A stretch of 36,706 bases of DNA from a virus, in the IMG/VR virus record IMGVR_UViG_3300026139_000066; one strand, given 5' to 3'. The first letter of the stretch is position 1, and every line of letters begins with the position of its first letter. The notes beneath the pieces were generated by a model. It was not told where the DNA came from. It did not search any database and saw nothing but the letters and a program-made list of their open reading frames with translations. Position numbers and translations under genes: made by a program. Positions 1 through 9,583 of this stretch are shown here, piece after piece.

Positions 1-23
1 TCCTGCTGGCCCCAGGCGGGCTC
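1..23. repeat. Terminal 23-nt direct repeat, copy 1 (identical to 36684..36706); circular-contig overlap
   Basis: tcctgctggccccaggcgggctc is found at both extreme ends of the window. A minus-strand ORF reads in frame through the join. Confidence 0.9.
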
Positions 24-1319
24 GCAATGAGCGTTGTAGGTCTGATAGGTCAGCCCCCGGTCTTTGAGGATCGACCGCATCCGTCGGCATTGTTCGATTG
101 ACGGGAGTCTCATCATCCCGTTTGTGTACCCGGCCGCGTGACGGTCCTGACCGTCTCCGTCGATCTCAGCGCCGGGAAAACGAGAGAGAAAATCCAGGAG
201 CGCCGCGTCTGAGTTCGGCCCGTGGATTTGTTCCGTCACTCCGTATCGCTTGACCAGGGGGGCGGTCACGGCCTCCCGCGTGTTTGTCCCCGTGATCGAT
301 ACAACGATTTGATCCGGGCGAACGCCGAGCGCCAGCAGTTGCCGGATGAAATGGTCGTGCCAATCGCGGAGGATATTATCGACGTCGGCTTGAGTCTCCG
401 AACCCTCGCGGCGTCGTTCCATCTCGTTTCCCAGGTTAATCCTCCAATCCAGTCCAGGCACGGAACGAAGCAGACGGACGGCCTTGTCGAAAACGAACGG
501 GAGGTACTGGCGCATCGTTCCCCGGTCCCCGCCGAACCCTCCATAGATTCCGCCGGTGTGGATTGAGTACCCGGTTCCCCGCGTCCCGTCCACGCGTTTG
601 TACGTTTTATCCCCGCCCTCCGCGCCGTGGTGCTGAACGCACTGGAGGAGCGGTTGATATCGCGTTTGATCGGGAGCGGCCTTGTAATTTTTCATCGAGC
701 ACCCGTCGAGGACGCTCCACGTGACCCTGATTTTCCGCTCCGCGCAAAGTTTAAAAATCGCCCGGTATTTTTCCCAGACCGGTTCGTTCCAGGGCTCCCC
801 GTACTCTAAAGATTTGGCGATTGTGTAGAGTGGATATTCGCGGCCGTCGAAAGGCCCGCCGTGCTCTGTGTACCAACCGATTTGGCGAAAAAGCGAATAT
901 TTCCATCCGGCCGATTCGTGGGTTATCGGCCAGACAAAATCTCCGAAAAACCGAATCAGACTCCCGCCGTTGATGACGAGGTCATCCAGATACCGCTTGA
1001 CGTCGACCAACGGAAAACAGACGGCTTGATAAAAATCCATCCCCGTACGCGGGGGCGTGTGGTCGGCCTGCGGAATCTCGGGCTCAGGCTCGGGTTCCGG
1101 TTCGGGTTGGGGCTCCGGCTCCGGATGAGGCTCGGGCTCATCGTGGACATCACAGACGTCCGCCGGCATCTCCGGCTCCCCCGGACGCGGCTCGACGTAG
1201 TACCGCCGGGGGACGATCTTGGTGCACTTCGCCCCGGCCAGCAATCCCGTATCCTCACAGATCCAGGCGACAACCGTTGGCCGCGGCCTCAGGGCATCTA
1301 TGATTTTTTGGATGCACAT
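1..1319 (-). CDS. Putative glycoside-hydrolase-like (TIM-barrel, GH5-like NE motif) tail-associated/depolymerase protein. This is the 5' 1319 nt of a 454-aa ORF that continues across the circular junction to 36638.
   Basis: Hand translation of the minus strand. ATG at 1319 (cat 1317..1319) lies 1 nt after the TAA of the upstream ORF. I checked every in-frame triplet and found no stop down to position 1. Product: MCIQKIIDALRPRPTVVAWICEDTG...HDEPEPHPEPEPQPEPEPEPEPEIPQ...WRINLGNEMERRREGSE...GMMRLPSIEQCRRMRSILKDRGLTYQTYNAHCEPAWGQQD. A Pro-Glu linker is coded at about 1077..1142 and the NE dipeptide at 423..428. The ORF track misses it because it leaves the window. Confidence 0.7.
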   Translation of the reverse strand, partial: MCIQKIIDALRPRPTVVAWICEDTGLLAGAKCTKIVPRRYYVEPRPGEPEMPADVCDVHDEPEPHPEPEPQPEPEPEPEPEIPQADHTPPRTGMDFYQAVCFPLVDVKRYLDDLVINGGSLIRFFGDFVWPITHESAGWKYSLFRQIGWYTEHGGPFDGREYPLYTIAKSLEYGEPWNEPVWEKYRAIFKLCAERKIRVTWSVLDGCSMKNYKAAPDQTRYQPLLQCVQHHGAEGGDKTYKRVDGTRGTGYSIHTGGIYGGFGGDRGTMRQYLPFVFDKAVRLLRSVPGLDWRINLGNEMERRREGSETQADVDNILRDWHDHFIRQLLALGVRPDQIVVSITGTNTREAVTAPLVKRYGVTEQIHGPNSDAALLDFLSRFPGAEIDGDGQDRHAAGYTNGMMRLPSIEQCRRMRSILKDRGLTYQTYNAHCEPAWGQQ

Positions 1320-1320
1320 C

Positions 1321-1803
1321 TTACCCCTCTTGTTCGATCCATCCCAGTAGGTATATTCGTGTCGTTCCCTGACGGCTGATCTTGTACGTGACCCGCTGTT
1401 CGGCGTCCACCCGCTGGATCCACCATTCCGAGTACCGGTCTATCTGGCCGCTCTTTCCCGTGTCCGCGTCATTGACGCAAAGCCCCCCATCGTGATCCCA
1501 GTTTGCCGCCCCCTTCTTTTTCCACGAAGAGTAAACCCATGCCCCCGTTCCGCTTTGCCTCAGCTCTAACAGGACCGCAATCGCCCGAGCCGACGTCGCC
1601 GACGTAAAGTCGTAATCTTGCTCCGTATTGTTCATCGCCAGCGAGAGCGCCGTTGGATTACAAAACCGGAAATAGCAGGGTTTTTTTTCTATGCTGTCCC
1701 GAACCAGCGACCAGATCCCGTGTACGGTCCTGGCGTCGTCTCTCACGTGAGCCGATAGATCCCCGGCCCCCGCAAAATCTTTTTGTCGTCCGTCCATGTC
1801 CAC
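1321..1803 (-). CDS. Hypothetical protein between the tail fibre and the hydrolase-like gene
   Basis: 160-aa ORF in the track. It starts 7 nt after the fibre stop and its stop is 1 nt before the next ATG. No motif recognised. Confidence 0.55.
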   Translation of the reverse strand: MDMDGRQKDFAGAGDLSAHVRDDARTVHGIWSLVRDSIEKKPCYFRFCNPTALSLAMNNTEQDYDFTSATSARAIAVLLELRQSGTGAWVYSSWKKKGAANWDHDGGLCVNDADTGKSGQIDRYSEWWIQRVDAEQRVTYKISRQGTTRIYLLGWIEQEG

Positions 1804-1809
1804 CTCCCT

Positions 1810-4800
1810 CTAGGCCGTCACCGTCACCGGCCGAATCTCAATCCTGCATTTCCCGGTGCTCGGGTCCTTGCTCAGCTGTACGATCTGATAGAGCCGATTA
1901 TTGGCCGTCCCCTGGGCATCAAAAAACCGCCCCCTCGTTAAATAGACCGTATCGCCGACAGATCGGGCCAGCAGGATACGCGACACCACAACCCAGATCG
2001 TCGGCAGATTAAGCGCGTCCAAGATCTCGTCAGCCAGCGCGTCGGCCCCCGCCTTGTCGGTCAGCGTCGTCGATAGCGTCAGCGTGCCCTGGACGCCGCT
2101 CGTCCACTGTTCCAGCATCGCCTGTTTCTCAATCCACCGGTATCGCTGAGTGCTCGGCCATTCGTCATAATTGATTTTGAGCGCGCCGAACGAGGAATCA
2201 ACAGCCTCGTCACGGCCGATGTCGACGATCCTGTGTTCTGTGAGATAGACCGTATCCGACGGAGCCGCCGCCGGAGAAACCCGAAACCCGATTTTCCCGG
2301 CCGCATCCTGAAATGAATACGCCAGGCACGATTTTTCGAGCAGGCCGACAAACTCCTCTGTGCTCGTCTCCTTGTACAGTTTCGCCCCTTGCGCCGTCGG
2401 CCGCGCCGCATGGGCCTCCCATATCGATTCCAGGTTCAAGTCCGCCCATCCCAGGCCCCAATCCCGCCTGGCCATATCCAAGAAAATCATCGGCCCCGTC
2501 TCAATCGCCGCCCCACACTCGTCGGCCTGGCCCGAAAACGAACACTCGAGCGAATCCTCGGTCACGCTGTACCCTAGCGTTTTTGCGAGCTGGATCCGCC
2601 CCATCGTATAATCGACGACGTAGTCCGTCCCCTCCGTCAGCGCGGCGCCCCGGAAAAGAACTTCTGCCACCGAGGTAATCCGGCCGTCGTGGAGCTCGAA
2701 AATTAGATTTGCGGTGTCAACGCAAACCGGTATAACGTGAGTGACGGCGCCATAATATCGCGGCCGCGGGACTCCCGTTGCGCCCTCCTCCGCCTCAAAG
2801 CGAAGATCGAGCATCGGGAAATCGGTCAGGTTGTACGCCCGCTTCGGCAAATTACAATGGAGCCCCTCGCGGGCATCTTTAAGCGAAACCGAGAACCGAT
2901 AATCGGTGATCGACGTTGACGAGATCAGGGCCGTGGCAATAGGCTGAAAGTCAGAGTAGTCGAACCCCTCTCCGCCTGCCAGCAGGCGGACCTTGCGATT
3001 ACGCCAGATCCATGCGGCGCATCGGTCATCAAAATAGTGGCCCCCGCCCCAGGCCCGAGCCCGGCCGTTGATCAGCGAGACGCTTCCGCACGTCGCAATA
3101 ACCGAGCCTCGATAATGGGCCTCAAGCGTTTGCGTTATCTCTGACAGACCGTCAGCCGGGACAAGCGGCAAATAGCGTCGGCCGTTATAGACCGTCGAAC
3201 CTCTCTGCCAGTTGGTAAAAAACACCCACGCGGACGCGACCACCACCACATTCACCGGGTCCGCCCCGGACGAAATGCGGACGTAGATTTTCCCCGCCGC
3301 CGCGTCGTAATACCAGCCCCCGCTTGTTTCAACGGACGAAATCGACGTCCGCTTGACGAGGGCGGCCCCGTTTTCGGTGACGGCGTCTATCTCGATTTCC
3401 GGCCAAGAGACGCCCGTCTCATACGTATATGTCTGGCCGGACGTCAGCGCCCAACCGGACAACACGATGGCCGGGTTGACCTCCACCAGCGAGACGATCT
3501 TTTTTTTCGGCTGGAGGCACAGTGCCTCAAATTTCGTCGGAACGTACGCCTCCGGAGTGGTACAGGTGACGGCCGAAGATTCCGCCGAGTACCCCCCCAC
3601 CCCCCGCGATTTGATTTTAAACCAGTACGCCGTCTTGGCTACAAGTCCCGTCACCGTGATTCGATCACACCCCGCCGGCGGGCGGTGCGTGTAGTCGCTA
3701 TAGCTTGACCCGTCGGTCGATATCCTGACGACATACTGGACCGCGCCGGGGACTGGCGTCCAAGCGAGCGGGACGCGGTCCGGCCAACGGAGATCTCCAA
3801 TAGTCAAGCCCGATGGCACAGACGGCGCGGCCGCTATCGTACAGGATGCCGCGTCTGATAGATCCGTCGAGGTCGCCCCTTGCCAGGCCCGGACCTTATA
3901 GGCGTAGGTTTTACCGGCCTCCACCGCCGAATCGTAATAGACGCATTGATTGGCGATCGTGTCCGCGAGTTTCGAATAGGCGCCGCCGTCAACGCTCCGC
4001 TGGATCTCGTGCTTGTCCTCCTCCACGGAGTTATCCGCGAATCGGACCTCCACGCGCAGGGCGCCCCCGATCAGCAGGGGAGTCGCCGCAACGTCCGTCG
4101 GAACCGCAATCGCCGCCTTTGTCCGACACGTGACGACGGTACAATAGGCGCTGTTGCCGGAGAGGTTGTAGGCCCTGACGCGGACGTAGTAGAGCGTGTT
4201 TGACGAAAGCCCGGAGAGGTCGAAGGTCGTGATGTTGACACCCACGGTCCCAACCTCTGTATAGGTGGCCCCGTCGGTCGACCGCTCGATTTTAAAGCCC
4301 GTCTCATTATTGGCGTTGTCGGTCCAGTTGGCCCGGATCTTATCCGTACCGATGGCGAGAAGCGCGAGGCCGGACGGAGCCTTCGGCGGGTCCGACGTAA
4401 AAACCTTGACCTCCGCCGTTTTGCCGGAGGAGTCGGTTGCATTGAAAGCCTCAATCTGGTATTTGTACCAGGTCGCGGGCGTCAGCCCCGTTTTCGTGTA
4501 CGAGGTCTCGTTCTCCCCGGCCGTGTAAATCAGCGTTCCGTTTTGATAGATTTTAAACCCGGTCTCATTGTTGGAATTGTCCTGCCAGGTAACCTTGACC
4601 GACGTTGACGAGAGCGCCGTCGCCTCTACGTTCGTCGGCAGGGCAACCGCTTGGGGCGTCACGTTGGCGACGTTAGAATAGGCGGAGTTTCCCGCGACGG
4701 CCTCGTAAGCACGGACCCGGTAATAGTATTTTGTCCCGGGAGTCAGCCCCGTGTCCGTAAACGTCGTGACGTTCGCGCCGACCGTCGCAATCTGAGAAAA

Positions 4801-5502
4801 CGAATATTCGCTTGACGATGTCGACCGCTCGATTTTAAACAGCGATTCGCCGCTGGAATTATCCTTCCAGGTTAACGCGGCCGACGTGGATGATTTTTGC
4901 GCGGCCACGAGGTTGGATGGAGCGGCCAGCGCCTTGGCGGCTTCGGCGACGTTGGACCAATCCGACGACGTGTTATCGTTCCAGCACTTGACCCTAAACC
5001 AGTATCGGGCCTCGGTCAGCCCCGTCACCTCTTTCGATGTGACGAGATCATCCAGGACGCCGATGACCTGACTGAAATTGACGCCGTCTGTTGATTTGTA
5101 GACCTGTTGATAGAGGGCCTTGGACGAGCGGACCTGCCAGGTCAGCGTGCTCTTGCCGTCAACGATTTGCGTTGCGGCCAGGGACGCCGGAGACAATAGG
5201 CGCGTGTAGACCGGGCCGTAAATATCCCACTCCGACCAGAAGTCCACCCCGGCGACCGCCTGTTTGCCGGCGATATAGATCCAGTAGCACCCGCCCTCAG
5301 TCAGCCCCGTCAGCTGATAGGACGTCGCCGAGCCGGCCAAATAAATTGTCGCAGACGTTGGTCCGTTTGCGTTCGGCCCGGTCCGTATCCGTATCCCGTC
5401 GACGGCCGCATAGGCCGCGCCGTTGGTCCAGGCCAAATTGATCTGAGTGGGCGAGGGGGCCGTTGCCGACGATATTACCGGAGGAGTGACCGTATATCCC
5501 AT
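1810..5502 (-). CDS. Tail fibre / host-specificity protein with an N-terminal array of about 8 fibronectin type III-like repeats
   Basis: 1230 aa. Repeats include LTWKDNSSGESLFKIERS..YYYRVRAY, VTWQDNSNNETGFKIY and ANWTDNANNETGFKIERS..YYVRVRAY. A large C-terminal non-repeat domain follows. It lies downstream of the tape measure and Dit-like genes. Confidence 0.8.
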   Translation of the reverse strand: MGYTVTPPVISSATAPSPTQINLAWTNGAAYAAVDGIRIRTGPNANGPTSATIYLAGSATSYQLTGLTEGGCYWIYIAGKQAVAGVDFWSEWDIYGPVYTRLLSPASLAATQIVDGKSTLTWQVRSSKALYQQVYKSTDGVNFSQVIGVLDDLVTSKEVTGLTEARYWFRVKCWNDNTSSDWSNVAEAAKALAAPSNLVAAQKSSTSAALTWKDNSSGESLFKIERSTSSSEYSFSQIATVGANVTTFTDTGLTPGTKYYYRVRAYEAVAGNSAYSNVANVTPQAVALPTNVEATALSSTSVKVTWQDNSNNETGFKIYQNGTLIYTAGENETSYTKTGLTPATWYKYQIEAFNATDSSGKTAEVKVFTSDPPKAPSGLALLAIGTDKIRANWTDNANNETGFKIERSTDGATYTEVGTVGVNITTFDLSGLSSNTLYYVRVRAYNLSGNSAYCTVVTCRTKAAIAVPTDVAATPLLIGGALRVEVRFADNSVEEDKHEIQRSVDGGAYSKLADTIANQCVYYDSAVEAGKTYAYKVRAWQGATSTDLSDAASCTIAAAPSVPSGLTIGDLRWPDRVPLAWTPVPGAVQYVVRISTDGSSYSDYTHRPPAGCDRITVTGLVAKTAYWFKIKSRGVGGYSAESSAVTCTTPEAYVPTKFEALCLQPKKKIVSLVEVNPAIVLSGWALTSGQTYTYETGVSWPEIEIDAVTENGAALVKRTSISSVETSGGWYYDAAAGKIYVRISSGADPVNVVVVASAWVFFTNWQRGSTVYNGRRYLPLVPADGLSEITQTLEAHYRGSVIATCGSVSLINGRARAWGGGHYFDDRCAAWIWRNRKVRLLAGGEGFDYSDFQPIATALISSTSITDYRFSVSLKDAREGLHCNLPKRAYNLTDFPMLDLRFEAEEGATGVPRPRYYGAVTHVIPVCVDTANLIFELHDGRITSVAEVLFRGAALTEGTDYVVDYTMGRIQLAKTLGYSVTEDSLECSFSGQADECGAAIETGPMIFLDMARRDWGLGWADLNLESIWEAHAARPTAQGAKLYKETSTEEFVGLLEKSCLAYSFQDAAGKIGFRVSPAAAPSDTVYLTEHRIVDIGRDEAVDSSFGALKINYDEWPSTQRYRWIEKQAMLEQWTSGVQGTLTLSTTLTDKAGADALADEILDALNLPTIWVVVSRILLARSVGDTVYLTRGRFFDAQGTANNRLYQIVQLSKDPSTGKCRIEIRPVTVTA

Positions 5503-5504
5503 CG

Positions 5505-7004
5505 TCAGGGCTGTCCTATGAAATCACACGTCCACGACCACCTGTTGGCCGATATGTTTTCAGCCAATGGCGGGTCGACCATCCGGAACCAATACGAGTT
5601 GTTCATTGGGTCGGACGCGTTCGTACAAACCATCAGGCAATAGACGCCCCCGCATTCCCTTACGGCCTCCTCGATGTACGCCTGGGCCGCGTCCGAAAGG
5701 TTCGTCCACGAGCACGACCACGACCGAACCGCCGGCCGGGCCTGAGTCAGGAAAAGATTCCGCGACGGCGTCTCCTCGCTGGCACTGTCGTTGACATAGC
5801 CGCGGCCCCAGCCGCGCCGGAACGGACCGCCGAGGTCGCGTGATTTTCCAAGCACTATTGTCCCGATGGATATATACAGATTCGAGTTTGGCCGGTTGAT
5901 GATGTGGATCCGGTAATATCGTTTCGTTCTCGGCGCCGGCAAGATCCAATATCCATTGGCCGCGTTATACGCCAAGACGTCCGTGGTCAGGTTGGCCGTA
6001 AACGCCGCGTCATCGGCCCCAAATAGGGTGATTGTCGCCGTCGCCGTGAAGTTATGATTGAGGAGGGCGACAAAATCAACCTCCGCGGCCGCGCCGACGT
6101 CAAGGTCGATAAACTCTTCGGTGTGGATACGCCTGTTGTCCGCCGTATAAGTTGCCGCCCCGGTCTTTGTCTCGGCGTTGAACCCAAGGGCGTCCGATGT
6201 CGTTCCGCCGTCTGCGAAATAAAGCGTGAAATTCCCCGCCGGCCGGGCGATGGTGAATTTGCCGGTCTGCTCGCTATACGTACACGTGTAATCCCCGCCG
6301 GCGGCCGACATCACCGCGGCGATATGAGCGGCAAGGGTTTGGCCATTGTAATCTCCGGCCGTCAGAATGGCCACGAGTTTTCCCGCGCCCTCGTCGAAAC
6401 AAATCAGCCTGTTCCCGGCCGACACCGGACGCACGTTCAGGGTGTCGAAAAACACCGTTCCCGCGGCCGCCGTTTGCTGGTTGCACCGAAACTGCACGGT
6501 CTCGGTCGTCATCGCTAAAAAATAATACGAGATCAACTTCCACGTTCCATCGGTCGTAATGGATCCGATGGCCACGTTGCTCCCAATTTTTAGGTCGACC
6601 GTGACCGCGCCGCTCGTTCCACTCTTGGCGTAGCCTGAAACGTAATACCATTGTCCGGCAACCAGGTTGACGTTCTGGTAAAAATAACGGTTGGCGTCGG
6701 CGGATGTCGTCATGCGCAGACAGTTTCCGGCTTGGCCGTCGGCCCATACATCCAGAGCCGCGCCCGAAATTGGAGTGAACGGAGCGGCCGATTCGCAATC
6801 ACCGCCCGTGAGAATCGAGGAACTGAGCGTCATAAACAGCCGGAACAAGCCATTGCCCGATCCCGCTCCGCTCCGGCTCCTCCACGTCAACGCCGTGTCA
6901 TCGTCCTGCGTCGACTCCGCCGGGAACTGCGGGTTCTGTGACGACCGGGCGATGATCGTTCCGTCCCGCCATAAATTTTTGTACAGGATTCGAGAGTCCT
7001 TCAA
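5505..7004 (-). CDS. Distal tail (Dit-like)/baseplate protein with an inserted carbohydrate-binding-like module
   Basis: 499 aa, immediately after the tape measure gene. The middle segment (GGDCESAAPF..NCLRMTTSADANRYFYQNVNLVAGQWYYVSGYAKSG) looks like a CBM/galactose-binding-like jelly roll. The Dit call rests on position only. Confidence 0.5.
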   Translation of the reverse strand: MKDSRILYKNLWRDGTIIARSSQNPQFPAESTQDDDTALTWRSRSGAGSGNGLFRLFMTLSSSILTGGDCESAAPFTPISGAALDVWADGQAGNCLRMTTSADANRYFYQNVNLVAGQWYYVSGYAKSGTSGAVTVDLKIGSNVAIGSITTDGTWKLISYYFLAMTTETVQFRCNQQTAAAGTVFFDTLNVRPVSAGNRLICFDEGAGKLVAILTAGDYNGQTLAAHIAAVMSAAGGDYTCTYSEQTGKFTIARPAGNFTLYFADGGTTSDALGFNAETKTGAATYTADNRRIHTEEFIDLDVGAAAEVDFVALLNHNFTATATITLFGADDAAFTANLTTDVLAYNAANGYWILPAPRTKRYYRIHIINRPNSNLYISIGTIVLGKSRDLGGPFRRGWGRGYVNDSASEETPSRNLFLTQARPAVRSWSCSWTNLSDAAQAYIEEAVRECGGVYCLMVCTNASDPMNNSYWFRMVDPPLAENISANRWSWTCDFIGQP

Positions 7005-7018
7005 TTTTTACTCCCGCG

Positions 7019-9253
7019 TTAACTCGGCCTTACGTTTCGACCGCGGATCGCCAGCCGTCCCAGATCAAGGCCCTCTTGAGAGATGGAGATGATCTCCTCT
7101 TTGATTTTTTTTGTCCCGATATAGATGGGAACCGTAAGCGCTATCGGGCGGCCGTATGCGCCCCCGCCCGCGCGCCCGGACCCGCCCCCCCGTACTTCGT
7201 CGCGGACAATCCGCCTCAGCGTCTCCTCCGTCGCCATCACCTCCAGCCCCTTCTCCCCGGCCACGTATCGCCGCCCGCCGGTGAATAGCTCCGTCGGCTC
7301 CGTGAACACCGCGCCCGAAGCCAGGGGGATGGGCTGCTGCTGGATCATGGCCACCTGAGCCGCGCCCATCGCGGTAGCCACCGCCGCCATAGCCAGGCCC
7401 AACGGGAAAAACGGTTTGACCTGAAGGGCGGCAATGACCGCCTGGGCTACTCCGCTAATGGCCTGGGCAACATCAAGAGCCTTCTGTTTCCGCGCCGCCT
7501 CCCGCTTGGCGTCCAGTTTTTTCTTCTCGAACTCCGCGTCCAGCGCGGCGATAGCCTCCGCCCTCAGCGTCTCGTCCGTGATCGTCTGATCGATATATTT
7601 CAAGCGGGCCTGATATTCGGCGTCCAGGTTCGCCAGTGTATTACTCAGGGATTGCTGGGAGATCGAGGCCATACCGCCAATCAACGTATTCAGCGCCGAA
7701 AATGTGTTCTGGATGATTCCCTGGACGTCCGCGCCCCAGTCCTGCCAGGATTTGATTACGGGGGGCGTGAGGGCATTGGAATACTCAGCAAGCTGTGCCA
7801 CCGCCGCGGCCGCGTCCAGGTATGCGACCTCCAGGTCATCGACACTGTCGGCCAGCTTCGGGAGCTTGTCCTCGGAATGATCGAGCTCCAGCGCCCCAAG
7901 CTCACCGAGCGTTTTCTTGAATTCTTTCTGCTGCTCGATTAATTCCTTCCCTGGACGCAGCAACTCCTCGGTCGCCCGCTTTGCCCTGATCTTCGCCAAC
8001 GCCAGATCCCGGATCTCGTCGGCCGTCCGCGATATCGCCTTCGCCGCCTCCTTCTGTTGCTCCGACAAATCCTTAATGCCCTTGGCGTATTGATCCTGGC
8101 TGATGATGCCGTCGGCCAGGGCCAGCTTCAGGTCGGCGAGTTTTTTTTGCCGCTCCCCTTCGGCCTTTGCCTCCTCCTTCAACGTCGGAATACCGAGCAC
8201 CCGCAGCGTGGAAAAATATTCTGTTTGCGCCGCCGCGAGCCTCCCCTCCGCCGCGGCCAGCGCATCCGCCGCCGCCAAACCGAACATGTTCCCCTGTATC
8301 CACTCCCGGAGCTGGACGTAGTTGAGGCTATACTGCTGTGTCAGCAGGTAGAGCTTCGCGTGCGACCATCCAAGCGAATCGGCCATTTTAACGAGGCTCT
8401 CGTAGGCCGCCGCGTTGGCGTCGATGTCGGCCTTTTTTGCGAGAGCCAGTTCGCGGAGCTGTCCCTTTGCGCCCTTGATCCCCTGTTGCAGCGTCTCCAG
8501 CGCCCCCGTGAGGATCTGTGTCCCCGCCTGCATGAGGTTGGTATTGAGCACGACACGCCCAAACTCTTCCTTCGTGTTCTCCCACGCCTTTCGCAGTTGG
8601 TCGACCTGGCCGGAAAATGATTGGGTGGCCGCCTCCGCCCGGCCGTAAAGCCCCTCAAGCTGATTCAACAGGGCCGCTTGTTTTTGTTCCGCCGTCAGCG
8701 TCTCGTCGACCTTGATCCCGTAACGGGACAACGCCCCGTAATTTCCCTCCATCGCCTTCATTACGAGCCGTGACGCAGATTCCAGGTCGATCTTCATAAC
8801 CGTGGCCAGCCCGGCCGCGCCCCGGACGGCCCGCTGAATCCCCCTTGCGTCTAGGTCGGTCATCTGTACCATCAGCGCCGACGCGGAACGGACCTGCTCA
8901 TCCGTATACAGCGTGTCCCTCTCCATGTTCGCGGCGAACGCCTCTAGCGCCGGACCCACGATCTCGTAACTCCGCCCCGTTTGTCGGATGGCCTCGGCTA
9001 ATTCGTGCTGTGACTTTTGGTCCTCCACGGCGTTGCCGATAGACTCCCCAATTAAATCGACGAATGCACGGCCGGCCTGCTTGGCTAGGTCGTACGCAAA
9101 ATTAGCCCCAAGGATCTCCTTCCAAAGCCCGGTCATTTTCGGCTGGGCCGCCTCTGATGCTTTACCGGTCCCGTCAATCGCCCCCTCGAAATCTTTGACG
9201 GCCTTGACCGCTCCGGTGGAATCAACGGTAATTGAAAACTTGATGTCACCCAT
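7019..9253 (-). CDS. Tail tape measure protein
   Basis: 744 aa, Ala/Glu/Lys/Gln-rich with coiled-coil character and a hydrophobic Gly/Ala-rich segment near the C-terminus. It follows the G/GT chaperone pair. Confidence 0.85.
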   Translation of the reverse strand: MGDIKFSITVDSTGAVKAVKDFEGAIDGTGKASEAAQPKMTGLWKEILGANFAYDLAKQAGRAFVDLIGESIGNAVEDQKSQHELAEAIRQTGRSYEIVGPALEAFAANMERDTLYTDEQVRSASALMVQMTDLDARGIQRAVRGAAGLATVMKIDLESASRLVMKAMEGNYGALSRYGIKVDETLTAEQKQAALLNQLEGLYGRAEAATQSFSGQVDQLRKAWENTKEEFGRVVLNTNLMQAGTQILTGALETLQQGIKGAKGQLRELALAKKADIDANAAAYESLVKMADSLGWSHAKLYLLTQQYSLNYVQLREWIQGNMFGLAAADALAAAEGRLAAAQTEYFSTLRVLGIPTLKEEAKAEGERQKKLADLKLALADGIISQDQYAKGIKDLSEQQKEAAKAISRTADEIRDLALAKIRAKRATEELLRPGKELIEQQKEFKKTLGELGALELDHSEDKLPKLADSVDDLEVAYLDAAAAVAQLAEYSNALTPPVIKSWQDWGADVQGIIQNTFSALNTLIGGMASISQQSLSNTLANLDAEYQARLKYIDQTITDETLRAEAIAALDAEFEKKKLDAKREAARKQKALDVAQAISGVAQAVIAALQVKPFFPLGLAMAAVATAMGAAQVAMIQQQPIPLASGAVFTEPTELFTGGRRYVAGEKGLEVMATEETLRRIVRDEVRGGGSGRAGGGAYGRPIALTVPIYIGTKKIKEEIISISQEGLDLGRLAIRGRNVRPS

Positions 9254-9256
9254 CGT

Positions 9257-9583
9257 TTAGTCGTCCTCGGAGCTTGATCTCAACTCCTCGTCAATCCTCT
9301 GCATCGCCTCAATCCACAACGCCCGCGCCGGACCCCGGAGCCTCAACCGCTCGAACTCCCGCGCTGTAATTCCTACCCGCGCCGCCCATCCGCCGGCGTT
9401 CGCCGTGTACCAGCTCAAGGCCGCGGCTTCGAATGGGGTCATCCGCGCTGCCGCTTCGTTTACCAGACAGTTCGGGCATCGGCTTCGGTCCTCTCCTGCC
9501 CCGTGCCGGTGCTCCTCAGCCCGAAGGAGCGTCCGGCGCCAATCGGCGCATAGCGCGAGGCAGCGGATTAATTTTTTAAAAAA
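9257..9583 (-). CDS. T-frame extension of the tail assembly chaperone (GT fusion product by -1 frameshift, overall 9257..9975)
   Basis: The -1 frame relative to G is open from 9658 down to 9257. The 61-aa track ORF 9257..9442 is its distal part. Predicted junction: ...SENFLK-KLIRCLALCADWRRTLLRAEEHRHG... Confidence 0.65.
   Translation of the reverse strand, partial: FFKKLIRCLALCADWRRTLLRAEEHRHGAGEDRSRCPNCLVNEAAARMTPFEAAALSWYTANAGGWAARVGITAREFERLRLRGPARALWIEAMQRIDEELRSSSEDD

Noticed and set aside
1-23. The 23-nt end repeat as a biological direct terminal repeat or cos site
   Set aside because: It is very short and lies in the middle of an uninterrupted ORF. An assembly overlap of a circular or permuted genome is the simpler reading, and I cannot test termini without reads.
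1077-1142. GC-rich short tandem repeats (ggctc/cgg units) as a non-coding repeat or CRISPR-like array
   Set aside because: They lie in frame inside the hydrolase-like ORF and encode a Pro-Glu linker. I saw no spacer-repeat architecture anywhere in the window.
166-1379. Six track ORFs (166..363-, 222..566+, 266..544-, 627..809+, 861..1379+, 956..1273-) with Arg/Pro/Gly-rich translations
   Set aside because: They all overlap the long minus-strand frame that is open from 1319 to the window edge and gives a coherent protein. They are alternative-frame artefacts of GC-rich coding DNA.
1810-5502. Possible diversity-generating retroelement targeting the fibre
   Set aside because: There is no reverse transcriptase gene in the genome, and I saw no template/variable repeat pair. 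The internal similarity is explained by divergent FN3 domain repeats.
9257-9442. 61-aa ORF as an independent gene between the chaperone and the tape measure
   Set aside because: Its frame stays open upstream to 9658 and is the -1 frame of the chaperone gene, which ends on slippery heptamers. It is better explained as the C-terminal part of the GT frameshift product.
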